DNA of 64,000 bases, taken from NCBI RefSeq assembly GCF_009914755.1, contig NC_060939.1; one strand, written 5' to 3'. Below, one piece after another: positions 59,801 through 64,000 of the stretch (the stretch's first letter is position 1; each line of letters opens with the position of its first letter). A program made the position numbers and the translations under genes. The notes beneath the pieces were generated by a model. That model saw only the letters and a program-made list of their open reading frames with translations, was not told the DNA's origin and searched no databases. This DNA is from the human T2T-CHM13v2.0 reference genome, Homo sapiens.

Positions 59801-62800
59801 TTTGGAGCTCTTTGTACCCTGTGGTGGAAAGGGAACTATCTTCATATAAAAACTACAAAGAAGCATTCAGAGAAACTTCTTGTGATGAATGCATTCCTCA
59901 CACAGAGTTGAACCTTTCTTTTTATTGAGCAGTATTGAAACGCTCTTTTTGCAGAATCACCAAGTGGATATTTGGAGATCTTTGGGGCCTGTTTTGGAAA
60001 ATGAAATATCTTCAAAGTAAAACTACACAGAACCATTCTGAGAAACTTCTTTATGATGTGTGCATTCAACTCTCAGAGTTGAACCTACCTTATGATTGAG
60101 CAATTTGGAAACACTCTTTTTGTAGAGTCTGCAAGTGGATATTTAGAACGATTTGAGGCCTATTGTGGAAAAGCAAATATCTCCACATAAAAACTACACA
60201 GAAGCCTTCTGAGAAACTTCGTTGGCATGTGTGCATTCAACTAACAGTGTTGAACGTATCTTTTGATTGAGCAGCTTAGAATCTCTCTTTTTGTAGAAAA
60301 TGCAAGTAGATACTTGGAGCCCCATTTTGCCCTATGGTAGAAAACAGAACATCTACACATAAAAACTACACAGAAGCATTCTGAGAAACTTCTTTGTGAT
60401 GTTTGCGTTGAACTCCCAGAGTCGAACCTATCTTTTGATAGAGCACTTTTGTATCTCTCTTTTTGTGGAATCTGCAAGTGGATATTTGGAAAGCTTGAGG
60501 CCTATTGTGAAAAAGGAAATATCTTCACATAAAAACTACAGGGAAGCATTCTGAGAAACTTCTTTGTGAGGCATGGATTCAACCCACAGAGTTGGACTTA
60601 TCATTGAGCAGTTTTGAATCTCTCTTTTTGTCGAATCTGCAAGTGGATATTTGGAGCCCTTTGCAACCTAGGGTGGAAAAGGAAATACCTTCAAATAAAA
60701 ACTATATAGAAGCATTCCGTAAAACTTCTTTGTGATGTGTGCATTCGTCTCACAGAGTTGAACCTATCTAATGATTGAGCGGTTTTGAAACACTCATTTT
60801 GTAGAACCTGCAAGTGGATATTGGGAGTACTTTGTGGCCTTCTTTGGAAAAGGGAATATCTTCACATAAAAACTACAAAGAAGCATTCTGAGAAACTTCT
60901 TTGTGATGTGTGCATTCATCTCACAGTGTTGGACGTTTCTTTTGATAGGGCAGTTTTGAAACACTCTTTTTCTAGAATCTGCAAGTGGATATTTGGAGCG
61001 CTTTGAGGCCTAATGTGGAAAATCAAATATCTTCACATAAAAACTACACAGAGGCATTCTGAGAAACTTCTTTTTTGTGTGTGCATTCAACTCATATAGT
61101 TGAAGTAATCTTTGGATTTAGCTGTTTTGAATCTCCTTTTTGCAGAATCTGCAAGTTGATACTTGGAGCCCTGTTTCACCCTATAGTCGAAAAGCAAATA
61201 TCTTCACATAAACAAACCCTGCAGAGAAGCATTCAGAGAAAGTCCTTTGTGATGTGTGCATTGAACATGCAGAGTTGACACTATCTTTTGATTGTACAGT
61301 TTTGAATACGTCTTTTTGTAGAATCTGCAAGTGGAAGTTTGGAGCTGTTTGCACCCTGTGGTGTAAAAGGAAATATCTTCATATAAAAGCTACACAGAAG
61401 CATTCAGAAAGACTTCTTTGTGATGAATGCGTTCCTCACACAGAGTTGAATCTTCCTTTTTATTGAGTAGTATTGAAACCCTCTTTTTGCAGAATAACCA
61501 GGTGGATATTTGGAGAGCTTTGAGGCCTGTTTTGGAAAAGGAAATATCTTCAAATTAAAGCCACACAGAAGCATTCTGAGAAGCTTCTTTGTGATGTGTG
61601 CATTCAACTCTCAGAGTTCAACGTGTCTTATGATGGAGCAGTTTGGAAACACTCTTTTTTGTAGAAACTGCAAGTGGATATGTAGAGCGATTTGAGGCCT
61701 ACTGTGGAAAAGCAAATATCTTCACATAACAACTACACAGAAGCACTCCTAGAAACTTCTTTGTGATGTGTGAATTCAACTCACAGAGCTGAACCTATCT
61801 TTTGATGGAGTAGCTTAGAATCTCTCTTTTTTTAGAATCTGCACGTGGATATTTGGAGCGCTTTGAGACCTAAAGTGGAAAAGCAAATATCTTCACATAA
61901 AATCTACATAGAGGCACTCTAAGAAACTTCTTTTTGATGTGTGCATTCACCTCACAGAGCTGAACCGATCCTTCGAGTGACCAGTTTTGAATCTCTCTTT
62001 TTATACAATCTGCAAGTGGATATTTGGAGCCCTTTGCGGCCTATGGTGGAAAAGGAAATATCTTCAAATAAAAACTACACAGAAGCATTCTGAGTCCCTA
62101 TTTTGGAAAAGAAAATATCTTCACTTAAACAACTACGCAGAAATACTGTGAGAAACTTCTTTGTTATGTGAGCATTCAACTCACAGAGCTGAACCTATCT
62201 TTTGATTGAGCAGTTTTGAATCTCTCATTTTGCAGAATCTGCAAGAGGATATTTGGAGCCCTTTGCTACCTAGGGTGGAAAAGGAAATACCTTCAAATAA
62301 AAACTACACAGAGGCATTCTGAGAAACTTCTTGTGATTGTGCATTCAACTCACAGAGTTAAACCTATCTTATGATTGACCAGTTTTGGAACACTGTTTTC
62401 ATAGGATCTGCAAGTGGATATTTGGTGTGCTTTGAGGCCTATCGTGGAAAAGCAAGTAACTTCAGATAAAAACTATACAGAAGCATTCTGAGAAACTTCT
62501 TTGTGATGTGTGCATTGATCTCACAGAGTTGAAAGTGTATTTTGATTGAGCAGTTTTAAAACACTCCTTCTGTAGAATCTGCAAGTGGATAATTGGAGAG
62601 ATTTGAGGTATGTTGTGGAAAAGCAAATATCTTCATATAAAAACTATACAGAAGCCTTCTGAGAAACATCTTTGTGAGGTTTGCATTCAACTCACAGAGC
62701 TGGACCTATCTCTTGAGTGACCAGTTTTGAATCTCTCTTTTTGTTCAATCTGCAAGTGGATATTTGGAACGATTTGAGGCCTACATTTGAAAATCAAATA

Positions 62801-64000
62801 TCTTCCCTCAAAACCTACACAGAAACATTCTCAGAAATTGTTTGTCATGTGGGCTTTCAAATTACCAAGTTGAACCTATCTTGTGATTGAGCAGTTCTGA
62901 ATCTCTCTTTTTGTGGAATCTGCAAATGGATATTTTTAGCCCTTTGCGGACTGTGGTGGAAAAGGAATTATCTTCAAATCCATTCTACACAGAAGCATTC
63001 AGACAAACTTCTTGGTGATGAGTGCATTGGTCACACAGAATTGAACCTCTCCTTTGATTGAGCAATTCTGAAACACTCTTTCAGAGGGTCTGCAAGTGGA
63101 TATTTTAGAGCTTTGGGACAATTGTGGAAAAGTAAATATCTTCACATAAAAACTACACGGAAGCATTCTGAGAAACTTCTTTGGAGGTGTGCATTCAACT
63201 CACAGAGTTGAACCTATCTTTTCATTGAGCAGTTTTGAATCTCTCTTTTTGTAGACTCTGCTTACAGATATTTGGAGAGCTTTGAGGCCTATTGTGGAAA
63301 AGAGAATATGTTCACATAAAAACACACAGAAGCACTCTGAGAAACTTCTTTGTGAGATGTGCATTCAACTCACAGAGTTGAACCTATCTTTTGATGGAGA
63401 AGTTTTGAATCTCTCTTTTTGTAGAAGCTGCATGTGGATATTTGGAGACGTTTGTGGCCTATGGTAGAAAAGGAAATATCTTCAAATAAAAACTAGACAG
63501 AAGCATTTTGAGAAAGTTCTCTGTTCTGTGTGCATTCATATCACATGGTTGAAACTACCTTTTGATTGAGCAGTTTCGAGTCTCTCTGTTTGTACCATCT
63601 GCAATGGATATTTGGAGCCCTTTGTGGTCTGTGGTGGAAAAGGAACTATCCTCAAATAAAAACTACACGGAAGTATTCTGAGAAACTTCTTTGTGATGTG
63701 TGCATTTATCTCACAGAGTTGAACCTTTGGTTTGATTGAGCAGTTTTGAGATAATCTTTCCATAGAATCTGGAAGTGAATACTTGGATAACTTTGAGATC
63801 TATTTTGGAGAAGGAGATATCTTTATATAAAAACTGCACAGAAGCATTCTGAGAAACATGTTTGTGAGGTGTGCAACGAAGTCACAGAGTTGAAACTATC
63901 TTTTGATTCAGCAGTTTTGAGTCTCTCTTTTTGCAGAATCTGCGAGTGGATATCTGGAGAACTTTGAGGCCTATTTGGAAAAGGAAATATCTTCACATAA
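41881..64000 (+). repeat. Alpha-satellite HOR array, ~4,439-bp unit (~26 monomers). Units start at ~41881, 46321, 50761, 55200, 59639, 63961
   Basis: Near-identical landmarks recur at 43029, 47469, 51908, 56347 and 60785 (spacings 4440, 4439, 4439, 4438), and 4439/171 is about 26. The fifth unit is 4322 bp. No canonical CENP-B box was seen. Confidence 0.96.

Noticed and set aside
39016-63763. Recurrent 60-106 aa ORFs in alpha satellite
   Set aside because: Chance translations of alphoid monomers that recur with the HOR period. They are useful only as period markers.

Overview
Primate (human or great-ape) pericentromeric heterochromatin with no credible protein-coding gene. In order: (1) ~26.8 kb of satellite III-type (CATTC/CACTC)n DNA in two domains. 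Domain I (1-~11820) is TCGA-rich and modular. Domain II (~11820-26806) is punctuated by 13 copies of the same ~77-bp cassette carrying the antisense 3' end of an Alu. (2) An abrupt junction to monomeric alpha satellite (26807-~39890), interrupted by a 5'-truncated minus-strand L1 (~1.2 kb) and a full-length but inactivated plus-strand L1PA2/young-L1PA3-like element (~6.0 kb). (3) A diverged transition block (~39890-41880), then an alpha-satellite higher-order repeat (HOR) array with a ~4,439-bp period (~26 monomers) in which I saw no CENP-B box. The most interesting observations are the Alu-tail-punctuated satellite III (most cassettes give AATAAA on the GGAAT strand, and several can fold back on flanking satellite), an apparent 33-monomer relative of the 26-mer HOR at the array edge, a divergent HOR patch ending at a microhomology deletion, and a micro 3' transduction on the short L1. 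All coordinates and comparisons were read by eye. Comparisons to Alu and L1 consensus sequences are from memory, and no alignment or database search was run.
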